A DNA stretch of 64,000 nt from Chitinophagales bacterium. Lineage in GTDB: Bacteria > Bacteroidota > Bacteroidia > Chitinophagales > LD1. Below, one piece after another: positions 21,663 through 32,697 of this stretch. Location: positions 6,415 to 70,414 of the forward strand of contig JANWXI010000001.1 in NCBI GenBank assembly GCA_025057415.1. The letters are read 5' to 3'. Both the position numbers and the translations under genes were made by a program. The first letter of the stretch is position 1. The number at the start of each line of letters is the position of its first letter. The notes below the pieces were generated by a model. It saw nothing but the letters and a program-made list of their open reading frames with translations. It was not told the DNA's origin and did no database searches.

Positions 21663-22517
21663 TTACTTTTGTTGTCTCAAAAAATTTACGGTTGCTTCGC
21701 ATGCCTTTTGTAAATCTGCAGGCAAAACGGGTTGTTGCCACGGGTGGCGCGCACCAAAATTGTGGTTACTGCCCTCTATCAGATACAGAATGGACTCTTT
21801 GTTCCACCGGTGCATCTCAAGCGCATTGCTTACGGGAACGGTTTCATCATCTGTACCATGCACAATCAACAAAGGAACTTTAAGATTTTTGACTGCATCG
21901 GGAATATATAGCCGATGCAGGTTTGCATAGTAGTTTTCGTATAGCTGCCAGTACACGGGCATTTGCTGTCCGGTACGTGTGTTGGGTACATATATTACTC
22001 CATCGCGCCGTATGCGTTCCATTTCATCATTCTTCCAGTACTTGCCATATTCATTAACACTGGCCCACACAGCTACCTTGCGCACTCGATTATCCTCACG
22101 GGCTTTCAGAATGGCTATACCACCCCCGCGGCTGTGCCCCATGATGTAAATTTGACTCGGGTTAGTGTTCTGCATTCCCGGGTCAAATTTCCCGCCACAG
22201 ATCCAATCTATCACCACGCCTGCGTCATCCAGTTCTTTGCTCATGTTGTTGTTACCGAAAGCTTCCAGGTCGGTAAATTCATACGGATTATCAATGGTTG
22301 TGCCGTTGTGTGAAAAATTAAACTTAACGAATACAAATCCTTGCTGGGCAAAGTAGCGCGCCACTAGGTCATACGCGCCCCAATCTTTAAAACCCTTGAA
22401 ACCATGACAAAACAGAATGACCGGTTTGGGGGTTTGATTATCCAGCCAAAATACGTCTGCCAGAAACGGGCGATGATGCAAGCTTTGTAAGATGATGTTT
22501 TTACGTTCCGCAACCAC
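21663..22517 (-). CDS. Alpha/beta hydrolase (S9-like)
   Basis: HGFKGFKDWG, GHSRGG nucleophile elbow, HGTDDETV and a His near the C-terminus. Confidence 0.88.
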   Translation of the reverse strand: MVAERKNIILQSLHHRPFLADVFWLDNQTPKPVILFCHGFKGFKDWGAYDLVARYFAQQGFVFVKFNFSHNGTTIDNPYEFTDLEAFGNNNMSKELDDAGVVIDWICGGKFDPGMQNTNPSQIYIMGHSRGGGIAILKAREDNRVRKVAVWASVNEYGKYWKNDEMERIRRDGVIYVPNTRTGQQMPVYWQLYENYYANLHRLYIPDAVKNLKVPLLIVHGTDDETVPVSNALEMHRWNKESILYLIEGSNHNFGARHPWQQPVLPADLQKACEATVNFLRQQK

Positions 22518-22571
22518 GCGGCTAACTTAATACTTCGCATCATCATATTATGGGTTACCTTCGCCCGTTGC

Positions 22572-23546
22572 ATGGAGCTTACCTTAGACCAAATCCGCAT
22601 GCCCATAGCGCGCGAGTTGGATGAATTTGAAATCCGCTTTCGCGAAAGTATGCGAAGTAACGCCCCTTTACTGGACCGCATTACGCATTATATCGTATCG
22701 CGCAAAGGGAAGCAAATGCGCCCCATGTTTGTTTTTTTTTCAGCAAAGCTTTGCGGTGAAATCAGTGATGCTACATACATAGCCGCATCGCTGGTTGAGA
22801 TACTGCACACCGCCACGCTGGTGCACGATGATGTGGTGGACGACAGCTACCGGAGGCGTGGATTTTTTTCGGTTAATGCATTATGGAAAAACAAAATTGC
22901 CGTTCTGGTAGGGGACTATTTGCTATCAAAAGGTCTTTTACTTTCTATCACAAACAGGCAGTACCATTTGTTGCATTTATTGTCTGATACCATCCGTGCC
23001 ATGAGTGAGGGCGAGTTACTACAGTTAGAGAAGGCGCGCCGCCTGGATATACAGGAAGAAGTTTATTATGACATAATACGCGGTAAGACCGCCTCGTTAA
23101 TTGCCTCGGCGTGTGCCTGCGGGGCTTCTACGGCTACCCGGGATGCTGCCCTTATTGAACGATGCCGGCTAATGGGTGAACACATCGGTATGGCGTTTCA
23201 GATTAAAGATGACCTGTTTGATTACGAAGAGGCCGAAACCGGCAAACCCCGCGGGTTAGACATTAAGGAGCGCAAAATGACTTTGCCGCTAATTTACACT
23301 TTGCACAAAGAAAGTTTTCTCACCAAACGAAAAATCATCAATATCGTCAAAAATCATAATCAGGATGCCGAAAAAGTTCGCTGGGTAATTGAAACCGTAC
23401 GGGCAGCCGGGGGGGTAGATTATGCAAGAGCCAAAATGATGGAGTTTCGTGAAAAAGCGCTCGACATATTGCATGCGTTTGATGAGTCGGAATCACGCAG
23501 TGCCATTGGGCAATTGATAGATTTTACCGTTAACCGGGCAATGTAA
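22572..23546 (+). CDS. ispB: Polyprenyl (octaprenyl) diphosphate synthase
   Basis: GKQMRP, LVHDDVVD..RRG, KTASL and FQIKDDLFD motifs. Confidence 0.9.
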   Translation: MELTLDQIRMPIARELDEFEIRFRESMRSNAPLLDRITHYIVSRKGKQMRPMFVFFSAKLCGEISDATYIAASLVEILHTATLVHDDVVDDSYRRRGFFSVNALWKNKIAVLVGDYLLSKGLLLSITNRQYHLLHLLSDTIRAMSEGELLQLEKARRLDIQEEVYYDIIRGKTASLIASACACGASTATRDAALIERCRLMGEHIGMAFQIKDDLFDYEEAETGKPRGLDIKERKMTLPLIYTLHKESFLTKRKIINIVKNHNQDAEKVRWVIETVRAAGGVDYARAKMMEFREKALDILHAFDESESRSAIGQLIDFTVNRAM

Positions 23547-25815
23547 AGTAAAATGTGGTACCTTTCGCGGGTTCCGACTCAATCCATATTTCACCCCCAT
23601 GGCGTTCTACAATTTTCTTACAAACTGCCAGCCCGATGCCTGTACCGGGGTATTTGTTTGTGTTATGCAAACGATTAAAGAGCTGAAAAATACTCTTGCT
23701 GTGTTTCATGTCAATGCCCAGCCCGTTGTCGGTAACAGAGAATAACCAACCGGAATTATTTTTTACTGCAGCAATTTTTACGACAGGGTCTTCGTCCTCT
23801 TTCCGAAATTTAATGGCATTGGAAATTAAATTTTGAAAGAGTTGTCGCAACTGAATCTCATCACCTATTACTTCGGGTAGTTCCCCGAAATTTACTACGG
23901 CTTTGTTTTCATCCATGCTTGCACGCAGGTCGCTCACCACAGTGTTCAATGTATCGTTCAGCTTCACGGGCCGGAACCTGCGTTCTGTATTGTTAACGCG
24001 CGAATATTCGAGTAAACCATGCACCAGTTGATTCATCCGTTGAGCGCTCTGAATGATGTTTTCTAAAAACTCTTTTGACTCGTTATCGAGATTTCGTGCA
24101 TTGCGTTTTTGTATTAATTGAGCAAAGCCCACAACACTGCGTATTGGCTCGCGCAGATCGTGTGATGCTATGTATGCAAACTTCTCAAGTTCTGTGTTGG
24201 ATGTAATGTAACGTTCCAGTTCCAGGTTTTTTTCGGAGAGTTCATTTAGTTTTTGTTGCAATTCATGTTGTGTTTTGCGCAGGTTGGTTACATCGCGCAC
24301 TACCACAATCACGGAGTCGTGCCGGATGCGTACGAAACGAAATTCGAAATGTAATGTTTGTTTTGAGGTTGTATGAGTGTATTCGTATGTGCGCATTTCG
24401 CCATCGGTCAATACTTTTTGAATGAGATTGAGAACTTCGTTCGCGTCACGATTGTGAAGAACATCATAGACCGATTTGCCCACAAATTGCATGCTCTCTA
24501 AAATACCCTGCAATTCAACGTTCGGGTAAAAATCTGTTACCACACCATCAGCACTTAGTTGAAAAACCAAATCGGGCAGTGCGTACAATATCGCTTTGCG
24601 CTTTTCTTCGCTGGCCTCTAACCGGAGTTGCGCTTCTTCAAGCTCCTGTAAATCAGTGAGCGATACCAACACCTGCCGCACAGTACCATCATCGTTCATC
24701 AGGAATGGTGTGATGCGGGTAAACATCTTCCGTTTGCTGCCGTTGTAATTTTTAAACTCGCCAACAGCAGAAAAAATTTCTCCCTCTTTGAGATGTAATA
24801 TTTTGTTCAAGCGCTCCATCGCCACCGGCAAGTGGTCGGGATGAACCACGTCAAAAGGAGTGTTCATCTGATAGCCGGACGGGTAGCCAAGTGCATCGGT
24901 AAATGGGAAATTTTGATAAACCACCTGATTGTTGGTTAAATCAAATACCGAAATGTGATTAGGTACGGTAGATGTAATTTTTTGCAGAAGTTGTTTTTGT
25001 TCGGTAAGTTGTTGTTCATAGTTCTTTAATAAGGTGATATCCTGTACAATTCCAAAACTTAGCTGATGGCCTTCTTCTTCAAACTTGCGGAATAGTGTGC
25101 TGCGGCTGAGCAGCCAATGCCATTTTCCGCTTTTATCCTTAATGCGGTATTCAGTAACGATGTACTTACCCTCGTTTTTAGCATCGAAGAGTTCTTTTCT
25201 GGCGGAAATGAGTTTATTAAGATCATCCGGGTGAATAATGTGTTGTATGAAGTCAAACTGATCCTGAAAGGGCGCCAGATCTTCGCGGGTATATCCCAGC
25301 GTTTCGGGCAATGAGCGGTTTTCAAAAATTACTTTGCGGGTTTTGTTGTCCACTACTATCATGCAGTCGGGCAGAATGTCAGAGATTTTTTGCAAGAGCA
25401 ATTCCTTATCACGGAGTTTTTCTTCCACTTTCACGGCGTGGTCATACTCATAAGCCACTACAAGCCGACACTCCTCGCCCCTGAACATCAGCGATGAGCT
25501 TTTGGTTTGTGTATTGACGATGTTGCCTTTACCGGTGATGATACGGGCGTTCAGAATAGAGTGGCGAACCTTTTCTACTAATCCGCGCCGGATAGCTTCT
25601 ATCACTGCGGGTTTATCATCAGGATATATAAAGTCCAGGATGTTTTTACCAACCAGAAAGGAAGTTTCTGTCACTTCGAATAGCTCTAAGCAATAGGCGT
25701 TTACGTATTTTATTTCCCCTATGCGGTGGATAAGTATGGGGAAGGGTGCGATATCAACTATGTTTTCAAAATCATTATCGGAATTCGATTGGGTCATTGG
25801 GGTGATGCTTCGCAT
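23530..25815 (-). CDS. Multi-PAS sensor histidine kinase
   Basis: Several PAS folds (IHPDD, VHPDH), FAYIASHDLREP H-box, NLISNAIKF, DNGLGI and GTGIGLA. Confidence 0.92.
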   Translation of the reverse strand: MRSITPMTQSNSDNDFENIVDIAPFPILIHRIGEIKYVNAYCLELFEVTETSFLVGKNILDFIYPDDKPAVIEAIRRGLVEKVRHSILNARIITGKGNIVNTQTKSSSLMFRGEECRLVVAYEYDHAVKVEEKLRDKELLLQKISDILPDCMIVVDNKTRKVIFENRSLPETLGYTREDLAPFQDQFDFIQHIIHPDDLNKLISARKELFDAKNEGKYIVTEYRIKDKSGKWHWLLSRSTLFRKFEEEGHQLSFGIVQDITLLKNYEQQLTEQKQLLQKITSTVPNHISVFDLTNNQVVYQNFPFTDALGYPSGYQMNTPFDVVHPDHLPVAMERLNKILHLKEGEIFSAVGEFKNYNGSKRKMFTRITPFLMNDDGTVRQVLVSLTDLQELEEAQLRLEASEEKRKAILYALPDLVFQLSADGVVTDFYPNVELQGILESMQFVGKSVYDVLHNRDANEVLNLIQKVLTDGEMRTYEYTHTTSKQTLHFEFRFVRIRHDSVIVVVRDVTNLRKTQHELQQKLNELSEKNLELERYITSNTELEKFAYIASHDLREPIRSVVGFAQLIQKRNARNLDNESKEFLENIIQSAQRMNQLVHGLLEYSRVNNTERRFRPVKLNDTLNTVVSDLRASMDENKAVVNFGELPEVIGDEIQLRQLFQNLISNAIKFRKEDEDPVVKIAAVKNNSGWLFSVTDNGLGIDMKHSKSIFQLFNRLHNTNKYPGTGIGLAVCKKIVERHGGEIWIESEPAKGTTFYFTLPG

Positions 25816-25837
25816 GTGTCTAAAATAATAAAAAAAA

Positions 25838-27346
25838 TTACAATAAGGAATGGCTTATGTCCATGAGTTCTTTCATGATACGGGTGTCAGTTGAGAGGCG
25901 CGGGGGCTTATTTTGACCGCCGGTTTTGTTATGTTGTTTCATCCATGTATGGAAAGTACCGTTTTTTACGATATCAATTTTTAATGGTTGCAGGATAATA
26001 TCCTGGTGGCGCTTGGCATCGTAGTCGGAGTTGAGCTCGCGCATGTACTTATCGAGCAGTGTCGCAAAACGATGCATATCAGGGGGTAGTTTTTGAAACT
26101 CTACCACCCAGCGGTGGTAACCTTTGCCGGGTTCAGTAAAAACCGGCGCTACCGAGTATTCACCGGCAATGGCGCCGGATGCCTCGCAGGTGAGCGATAG
26201 GGCGCGGTCGGTGTGTTGTATCATTACCTCTTCACCAAAAGTATTGAGGGTTTGTAAAGTGCGGCCTACCCAGCGCAGGCGATAGGGTGAGCAGGATGTA
26301 AATTCCACTACATCACCCGTTTGGTAGCGCCACAACCCGCCGTTGGTGCTGATTACCATGGCGTATTTTTTACCTGTTTCCACATCGCGCAATGGCAGGG
26401 GAGTAACATTTTCCTTTTCGGTATTACCGGGTGTAAAGGGAATGAATTCATAAAAAATGCCACAATCGGTGTGTAACCACATATTGTCGCTCTCGGTGTC
26501 CTGAAAAGCAAAAAAACCTTCACTGGCGTTATAGGCATTGATGTAGCGTATGGGCTTGCCCACCAATTGTTCAAATGTTTTTTGGTAAGGTTCGAACGCC
26601 ATTCCACCGTGTACGAACAATTCTAAGCGGGGCCATACATCCATGATGCAATCTTTGCGACTTATCTCCAACACACGACGCAGAATTATCAATATCCAGG
26701 TGGGAACGCCCGAAAGCGTGGTGATGTTTTCATGCACGATGTGCCGGGCAATGGTTTCAACTTTTTGCTCCCAGTTGGGCATGGTAGCCACCCGGCGCGA
26801 AGGTTCTCTGAAATACTGCAGCCATGCCGGCATGCGGTGCAGCAACACTGCGCTCACGTCACCTGCCGGGCACCTGCCCACTCTATCACTTAAATGCCCG
26901 CCCGAGATGAATGACTTACCTGCAAATACTGCAGCATCGCGGTAGCGATGGTAATAGACAGCCATGAGGTCTTTGCCGCCTTTTACATGGTTCAGATAAA
27001 TGGCTTCATCAGTAAGCGGTATAAATTTACTGCGGTTGGTGGTGCCGCTGCTTTTGGCAAAATAGTGCACCCGCCCGGGCCAAAGCACATCTTTTTTTCC
27101 GTTACCGATTTCCTCTATGTAGGGCTTGTAATCCTCATATACACTCAGCGGTACGGTATTGGCATAATCGCTGTAATTAATTATTTTGCTGAAATGGTGG
27201 GTTTTACCAAAAGTTGTGTTTGCTGCTCTGTGTGTGAGGTAACGCAGGCAGTTTTCCTGCTCTATGATTGCTTGTGTTACAGAGCGTTTGATACGGGGTA
27301 TGCGAGCGCTCAGGTAGGCGCGCATCAGCGTGTTGAGACAGCGCAT
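25838..27346 (-). CDS. GH3 auxin-responsive promoter family acyl-adenylate-forming enzyme
   Basis: AKSSGTT, YNASEG, GLWRY..GD and GGQNK.PRL. Promoter-like TACCTTTG at 27360-27367 (-). Confidence 0.9.
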   Translation of the reverse strand: MRCLNTLMRAYLSARIPRIKRSVTQAIIEQENCLRYLTHRAANTTFGKTHHFSKIINYSDYANTVPLSVYEDYKPYIEEIGNGKKDVLWPGRVHYFAKSSGTTNRSKFIPLTDEAIYLNHVKGGKDLMAVYYHRYRDAAVFAGKSFISGGHLSDRVGRCPAGDVSAVLLHRMPAWLQYFREPSRRVATMPNWEQKVETIARHIVHENITTLSGVPTWILIILRRVLEISRKDCIMDVWPRLELFVHGGMAFEPYQKTFEQLVGKPIRYINAYNASEGFFAFQDTESDNMWLHTDCGIFYEFIPFTPGNTEKENVTPLPLRDVETGKKYAMVISTNGGLWRYQTGDVVEFTSCSPYRLRWVGRTLQTLNTFGEEVMIQHTDRALSLTCEASGAIAGEYSVAPVFTEPGKGYHRWVVEFQKLPPDMHRFATLLDKYMRELNSDYDAKRHQDIILQPLKIDIVKNGTFHTWMKQHNKTGGQNKPPRLSTDTRIMKELMDISHSLL

Positions 27347-27662
27347 GGCAGTGACGAGGCAAAGGTAAGTTACTGAGGGATAATGTGTGGAGCTGATACA
27401 ACAAGAGAATTAGCCGTGATGGTGAAACAGGCAAAAATAAATGGTAATCTTTCAGTGGTCAGAAGAGTACTCACAACGCGCGTTTTTGTATAAATGTTTT
27501 GCAGTGATGCGTGCAGCAGGGTGTGCATATAGAATAGCAATGAAATATGAAGGATTGAATGCAGAACTGTTAGAAAATTGTTTATTTGAATGGGTTTGTA
27601 ACGAGAGAGGTGCAAGTGTAAATTGCAGGGATAAAGCGGCTGTACAGAGTTAGCAGGCGACA

Positions 27663-27790
27663 GCCGGGTGAGGGATGCAAGCGGAAAGCCCGCAGCCCGC
27701 GCCCGCGCTAAATGCGCGGGCGCGGCGAGGACTTGGAGCGGGTCAGCCCGACCCTGCTGCCTTGCAGCGCTTGGCAGCAGGGGCACCCCC
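27663..27790 (+). repeat. Structured intergenic element, copy 2
   Basis: GCCGGGTGAGGGATGCAAGCGGAAAGCCCGCAG-[hairpin CCGCGCCCGCGC TAAAT GCGCGGGCGCGG]-CGAGGACTTGGAGCGGGTCAGCCCGA-[CCCTGCTGCC...GGCAGCAGGG]-GCACCCCC. Confidence 0.92.
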
Positions 27791-27841
27791 TCCAATAAAC
27801 ATTACAAAAATTTTATATACAATTTGTGACAAGCCCGGGAA

Positions 27842-29635
27842 TTATTTTTTGTGCTGCTCGTCCAGTTGTTTTTGGAGGTTATCAATTTGCAGTTGCTGCT
27901 GCTTGATGGCTTCAACTAAAATGGGGATGAGTTCGATGTAACTGACGGTTTTGAGAAGTTCGTGGCGCATTTCCTGTGTGCTGCCGCGTTGCGTTTCGTT
28001 GATATGGGGGATGTATTTCTCTTTGACCAACTCGGGGAGTAGTTTTTCAATTTCCTGCGCGATGAATCCATAGTTGGTGCCTTGTTTCAGCCCCAGGTCT
28101 GCGTAGGCGGGGTCATCGGTGCGGTGCTCATAAGTGACACCGCGAAGTTGCCGGATGATGTCAATCGCATTATCAATATTTTTAATATTTTTTTTGATGC
28201 GGATGTCGGAAGCAACGCCAAAGAAGCCGGTGTAGCCCAGGTCGTTTTGGAAGAGTCCGCCCCATCCGGTATTGGCGCCGGCGCCTGTGCGGGCGCCTGT
28301 GACACCGTGTAGTGTGAGGTTGAGTGCAAGACCGCGAACGCCTGCGCTGTTGCTGTTTTGTGCCGCGCCCGATTCACCTTGCACACCGGCAAATACGGTA
28401 TTGGCATTGCCCTGTATGGCTCCATACACACCCGAGCCGTTGAATGAAGAGTATCCATTGAAAGCCCACGGGAAAGCGGCATTGCTCACGGCATTTGCCA
28501 GGTCACCGGCGAGCACAGTGTTGGTAGTGCCCCAGAAGAATTCTCCGATGTTGCTCATGCGCCCGCGCACGATACCGTTAGCGATAAAGTCAACGTGGTT
28601 ATTTGAAAGGGTGCCGAAATTGCCGGTGGTGTTGAGGGAGTTACCGCCCACTAACCATGCCTGCTGGGATGTGGTTTGCGGAGCGCCGGAGCCGCTTGTG
28701 GCATTGATGGTGAGCGTACCGTTTGGATTAAAAGTAGGTTGTGTGAGTGTCCATGTGGGTCCGGTGGGGCCTGTAGGTCCGGTATCGCCCGTGGCACCTG
28801 CGGGTCCTTGTGCGCCGGTAGGGCCTTGCGCACCGGTAGGGCCAGTGGCTCCCTGCGGTCCGGTGGGTCCTTGTGCGCCTGTAGGTCCGGTATCACCTTG
28901 CGGACCTGTAGGACCTTGCGCACCTGTGGGGCCTGTGTTGCCCTGCGGGCCTGTGGGTCCTTGTGCGCCGGTAGCACCTGTAGGACCTTGCGCGCCGGTG
29001 GGGCCTTGTGCTCCTGTGGGGCCTGTGTTGCCCTGTGGGCCTGTGGGTCCTTGTGCGCCTGTGGCACCAGTGGGACCTTGCGCACCAGTGGGACCTTGCG
29101 CGCCTGTGGGGCCTGTGTTGCCCTGCGGGCCTGTGGGGCCTTGTGCTCCGGTAGCGCCGGTGGGACCTTGCGCGCCGGTAGCACCGGTGGGACCTTGCGG
29201 GCCAGTGGGTCCTTGTGCGCCTGTGGCACCAGTGGGACCTTGCGTGCCGGTGGGACCTTGAGGTCCTGTAGCACCGGTGGGGCCTTGCGCACCAGTGGGC
29301 CCTTGGAGTCCTGTAGCACCGGTAGGACCTAGAGCGCCGGTTGGCCCTTGAGGTCCTGCAGGACCAGCGTTACACAGCGATTTCCACTGTGAACCATCAA
29401 AGTAGTGAAAACAATCTACATCTGTATCATATACCAGTAGTCCTCTGGCGGGTGAAGCAATAGCAATGCGTTGTGCTGATGTCATGCGGGGAACGAGTAT
29501 TCCCTTGTCAGTAGCGCTCAACTCCAGCAGGGAACTTGGGTGGGGTGTAGCGATACCGATACCCACGTTATTTTGTGCCTGTAACAAGAGCGGGAACATA
29601 CCCCATAATAAAAGCATGCGTACCTGTAAACTCAT
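27842..29635 (-). CDS. Secreted collagen-like fibre protein with C-terminal peptidase S74 intramolecular chaperone
   Basis: Signal peptide, NVGIG..TP...LEL....KGILVPRMT head, 68 Gly-X-Y triplets, SDIRIKKNI...GFIAQE...[11 protein letters not shown] coiled coil. Confidence 0.88.
   Translation of the reverse strand: MSLQVRMLLLWGMFPLLLQAQNNVGIGIATPHPSSLLELSATDKGILVPRMTSAQRIAIASPARGLLVYDTDVDCFHYFDGSQWKSLCNAGPAGPQGPTGALGPTGATGLQGPTGAQGPTGATGPQGPTGTQGPTGATGAQGPTGPQGPTGATGAQGPTGATGAQGPTGPQGNTGPTGAQGPTGAQGPTGATGAQGPTGPQGNTGPTGAQGPTGAQGPTGATGAQGPTGPQGNTGPTGAQGPTGPQGDTGPTGAQGPTGPQGATGPTGAQGPTGAQGPAGATGDTGPTGPTGPTWTLTQPTFNPNGTLTINATSGSGAPQTTSQQAWLVGGNSLNTTGNFGTLSNNHVDFIANGIVRGRMSNIGEFFWGTTNTVLAGDLANAVSNAAFPWAFNGYSSFNGSGVYGAIQGNANTVFAGVQGESGAAQNSNSAGVRGLALNLTLHGVTGARTGAGANTGWGGLFQNDLGYTGFFGVASDIRIKKNIKNIDNAIDIIRQLRGVTYEHRTDDPAYADLGLKQGTNYGFIAQEIEKLLPELVKEKYIPHINETQRGSTQEMRHELLKTVSYIELIPILVEAIKQQQLQIDNLQKQLDEQHKK
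28754..29365 (-). repeat. Collagen (Gly-X-Y)68 coding repeat with a higher-order 90-bp unit
   Basis: 612 nt of GPT/GAQ/GAT/GPQ triplets. CCTGTGGGGCCTGTGTTGCCCTG recurs at 90-bp spacing (about 28923, 29013, 29103). Confidence 0.95.
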
Positions 29636-29924
29636 AATTGTTCATTTTGCGGTGTTAAGATAGAAGATTTCTTATATATTAACCTTCCTGTGAATTTTTT
29701 GATTAGCAGGTATGAAATGTGTGACTGAGCAACACTGTCAAATATATTTGACTGGATGTGCCCGAAACACCCAGCACAACTCCTCGCGTCAACAGTTGTG
29801 TGTAACCGGTGGTTAACAAAATTTTTAATATGTGCAGTAAAACAAACTTCCACATTATAACAGTAGGATAGTAGCGTTTACGGGTTGCTTTATCGGCTAA
29901 TTTTGTAATTAAAAATTTTACGTT

Positions 29925-30902
29925 ATGCGCTTTGGGTTAAATTTAATAGGAGTGCTGGTGTTGCTTACCTCCTTATCTTCCTGTTTAGTTACGAAAAAGA
30001 AGTTTGATGAGCAGGTGGCTCTTGCCGATAAGCTGCGCAGTGAGCGCGATGACTGTCGTCAAAAACTCAACGAAGCCCAGGCCACAGTAGAAGACCTTAA
30101 GAATCAGATAGCATCGTTGAGTAATGAAGTGGACAGATTAAAAAATGCAAACCTATCACTAGAGGAGAAACTGCGCAAAGCCAACCGCCTGAAAGAGGAG
30201 AGCGATGCCCTTTGCGAAAAAGTGAAGCAACAACTGGAGGCGCTGAGCAATTCATCGGCATCGGAAAAAGATAAACTGCTGAAACAATTGGCTGAAAAAG
30301 AGAAAGAACTACTTGCGAAAGCCGAGGAGTTAAACAAGCTGAGCGCGGCGCTCAGCGAGCGCGATAAGAAAGTGCGCGATTTGGAAGCATTAATTGCCAA
30401 AAAAGATGAGGCCGTGCAAACGCTTAAAAAACGTATGCTCGATGCCCTGAAGGGTTTCAGCGATGCCGGAGAATTAAGCGTGTATGAAAAAGACGGCAAA
30501 GTGTACGTGGCGCTTAGCGATAAGCTGCTTTTTGCTACGGGGAGTTATGCGGTAGAACCGCGCGGAAAAGAGGCGCTGAAAAAAATAGCTGATGTGCTAA
30601 ACCGCCAACCCGACATTTCAATAATGGTAGAGGGGCATACTGATAATAAACCGTACGTATCGTCCAGCGGGCCCATTAATAGCAACTGGGATTTGAGCGT
30701 GATGCGCGCCAGCAGCGTAACAAAAATACTGGTGGGCGAGAACAAAGTGGATCCTAAACGGGTAACGCCGGCAGGGAGAGGAGAGTATTTTCCGGTTGAA
30801 AGTAACGATACCCCCGAGGGTCGCAGCAAAAACCGACGTATTGATATTATCCTCACCCCCGATATGAAGGGGATATTTGATATTCTCAACAACGCGAACT
30901 GA
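29925..30902 (+). CDS. OmpA/MotB-family lipoprotein with long coiled coil
   Basis: Lipobox LSSC, coiled coil, LLFATGS, VEGHTDN, NWDLSVMRA and NRRIDI. Confidence 0.9.
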   Translation: MRFGLNLIGVLVLLTSLSSCLVTKKKFDEQVALADKLRSERDDCRQKLNEAQATVEDLKNQIASLSNEVDRLKNANLSLEEKLRKANRLKEESDALCEKVKQQLEALSNSSASEKDKLLKQLAEKEKELLAKAEELNKLSAALSERDKKVRDLEALIAKKDEAVQTLKKRMLDALKGFSDAGELSVYEKDGKVYVALSDKLLFATGSYAVEPRGKEALKKIADVLNRQPDISIMVEGHTDNKPYVSSSGPINSNWDLSVMRASSVTKILVGENKVDPKRVTPAGRGEYFPVESNDTPEGRSKNRRIDIILTPDMKGIFDILNNAN

Positions 30903-30937
30903 GTTCGTTGTATTGAGGCAGCGTTCAAGCCGCTGTG

Positions 30938-32281
30938 TTACAACACTATATCTTTTGCTTTTATGTCCTGCTTTTGCTTGCGGATGATGAATGTGTCTTT
31001 ATCGAGAATATTCCGCACGGCACCGTAACGCAGAAACCGTTGCCGCACAAACTTTTTGAGTGTTTCGTTATTGAGTTTGGCATAGTTGGCGGCAATGTCG
31101 TTTACATTTTTGATTATTTGGTCTTTTACGCTCTTGTAGTAGTCCTCCTGTAGTTTCTGGTCAGAAGGAGAGGCGTAGCTTTTGCCGGTTGTACTGTCAA
31201 TTAATAGGGTAACGTAGGGGGCATTTTTTTTGATTTCCTCCATGTTTTCGGCAATATCGCGCAGAAGCGTGAGGACTTTTTCGTTGTCTGTAATCATTTT
31301 AGCCGAAGCTGCATCGCCTGTGCTGTTAAAAAGACCCTTAGCTTCATCGAGACGGAAATTTACAAGAGCATCGTAAGCCCTGCATTTATCGCCCAAGTTA
31401 ATGTTGCCGGCTTTATCATATAATTTTGATGCCAGTGCATAGCTGCCTTTGTTCATGGTTTTGGCAGCTAGTTTTTCGAGTGCTTCATCGTCTTTTTTCT
31501 CGCTCATGGCATCGGCCAGGCGCATGATTAAGTTATCGGCCTCCTCAATGCGATTTTCAGAGTAGAGGTAATCGGCATATTTCTGGATGCCCTCTTCGAT
31601 TGCTCCGGCTATGTATGCCTCAATAGCTTTGCCAAATTCATTTCGGTTGTAATAGATATCACCGGCTTTTTTGTAACCCTCAGTGGTTTTGAGTTTGAGA
31701 TAAATTTCGGCTGCCTTTACTTCGTTATCACCACCTTTGGCAAAATACTCCTCGGCAATCTGCTCAACTTTTACTTTGGCATCGCCCAACAGGTAGTAAT
31801 CCAATGCTTTGTTGTAGAACTCAAATCCTTTTTCGTAGTAGCGGTCGCCTATGACGCGGGCGCCTTCTTTAGCGGCCTCTGCCTTGGTGTAAAAATCCAT
31901 GGCTTTTTTCAGGTTTTTCGCTTCGTTTTTGGGATCATCAGCGGAAAAGGCATCCTCTACATACGCTTCGGCTATTTTTTTCATTCCCTCTCTCTTTTCG
32001 GGTTTGGCGCACCGGTTGTAGTTGTTGGCGGCATTGGTATAGTCCTTTTTCTCTAAAAAAGCATCACCGATAATGGCATACAGTTCCTGTTTCAACCCCC
32101 CTTTTTGAAAACTCTCAATGGCTTTGTTTACTAGCTCCTGCCTTTTTGCGGCATCGGTTTGTTGCATGGCCTTTGCCAATATTTCCTTGCCTTTTTCAAT
32201 GTCTTTGTTTTGTGCAGTAGCTGCAAGCACAATAAAACACAGCACACAAGCTGAAATTAAACGGGTGGTGTAACGCCTCAT
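30938..32281 (-). CDS. Secreted TPR-like alpha-solenoid protein, unknown function
   Basis: Signal peptide and repeated (I/A)GD.YY....Y.KA...Y helical units. Confidence 0.7.
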   Translation of the reverse strand: MRRYTTRLISACVLCFIVLAATAQNKDIEKGKEILAKAMQQTDAAKRQELVNKAIESFQKGGLKQELYAIIGDAFLEKKDYTNAANNYNRCAKPEKREGMKKIAEAYVEDAFSADDPKNEAKNLKKAMDFYTKAEAAKEGARVIGDRYYEKGFEFYNKALDYYLLGDAKVKVEQIAEEYFAKGGDNEVKAAEIYLKLKTTEGYKKAGDIYYNRNEFGKAIEAYIAGAIEEGIQKYADYLYSENRIEEADNLIMRLADAMSEKKDDEALEKLAAKTMNKGSYALASKLYDKAGNINLGDKCRAYDALVNFRLDEAKGLFNSTGDAASAKMITDNEKVLTLLRDIAENMEEIKKNAPYVTLLIDSTTGKSYASPSDQKLQEDYYKSVKDQIIKNVNDIAANYAKLNNETLKKFVRQRFLRYGAVRNILDKDTFIIRKQKQDIKAKDIVL

Positions 32282-32697
32282 GGTGTAAAGTTTGGGTTAT
32301 TTGAAGTTTAAAATTACCACTGCGGAACAATAATCCAACTTCCGCGCTCCAAATGTGTAAAATTATTTTCACATTTCGGTAAATAAAAAGTGGGAGAGCA
32401 CGGAAACGGTTGTCCAGAAATGGTGCTGTAGCATCGTCTTTTTCCGGTACATAGTAATCTTTGCTGTACAACGAAACACATGATTATACATTAATGCTGA
32501 TGACTAATATTTTAACAGAAATATAGGGGCAGTTACCATGAGGTTAATCAACACACACATCTAATTCAGGATTGAACGCCATACTAGGGGTAACTGATTT
32601 TTACATCACAACCAGACCTTCAAGGTAAAACTGAATTTTAGCTAATATGATTTGCTGGCTTAATGCACAGTGGTTTAAATTGTTATTTGTAGGGGTA

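Noticed and set aside
27370..27941. Short ORFs spanning element copies (also 4930-5280 and 56753-56965) that share peptide text
   Set aside because: The similarity comes from translating the DNA repeat. Frames and lengths are inconsistent between copies, so they are not genes.
27842..28210. Tail-fibre chaperone domain as evidence of a prophage
   Set aside because: No phage structural, integrase or replication genes nearby, and the protein has a signal peptide.
28272..29332. Several long ORFs over the collagen repeat (PVGPCA repeats etc.)
   Set aside because: Alternative frames of a GC-rich tandem repeat lacking stops.
32282..32697. 416-bp AT-rich gap with an 8-bp inverted repeat (CAGTTACC/GGTAACTG)
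   Set aside because: Short, widely spaced and plausible by chance; no convincing ORF or RNA motif.
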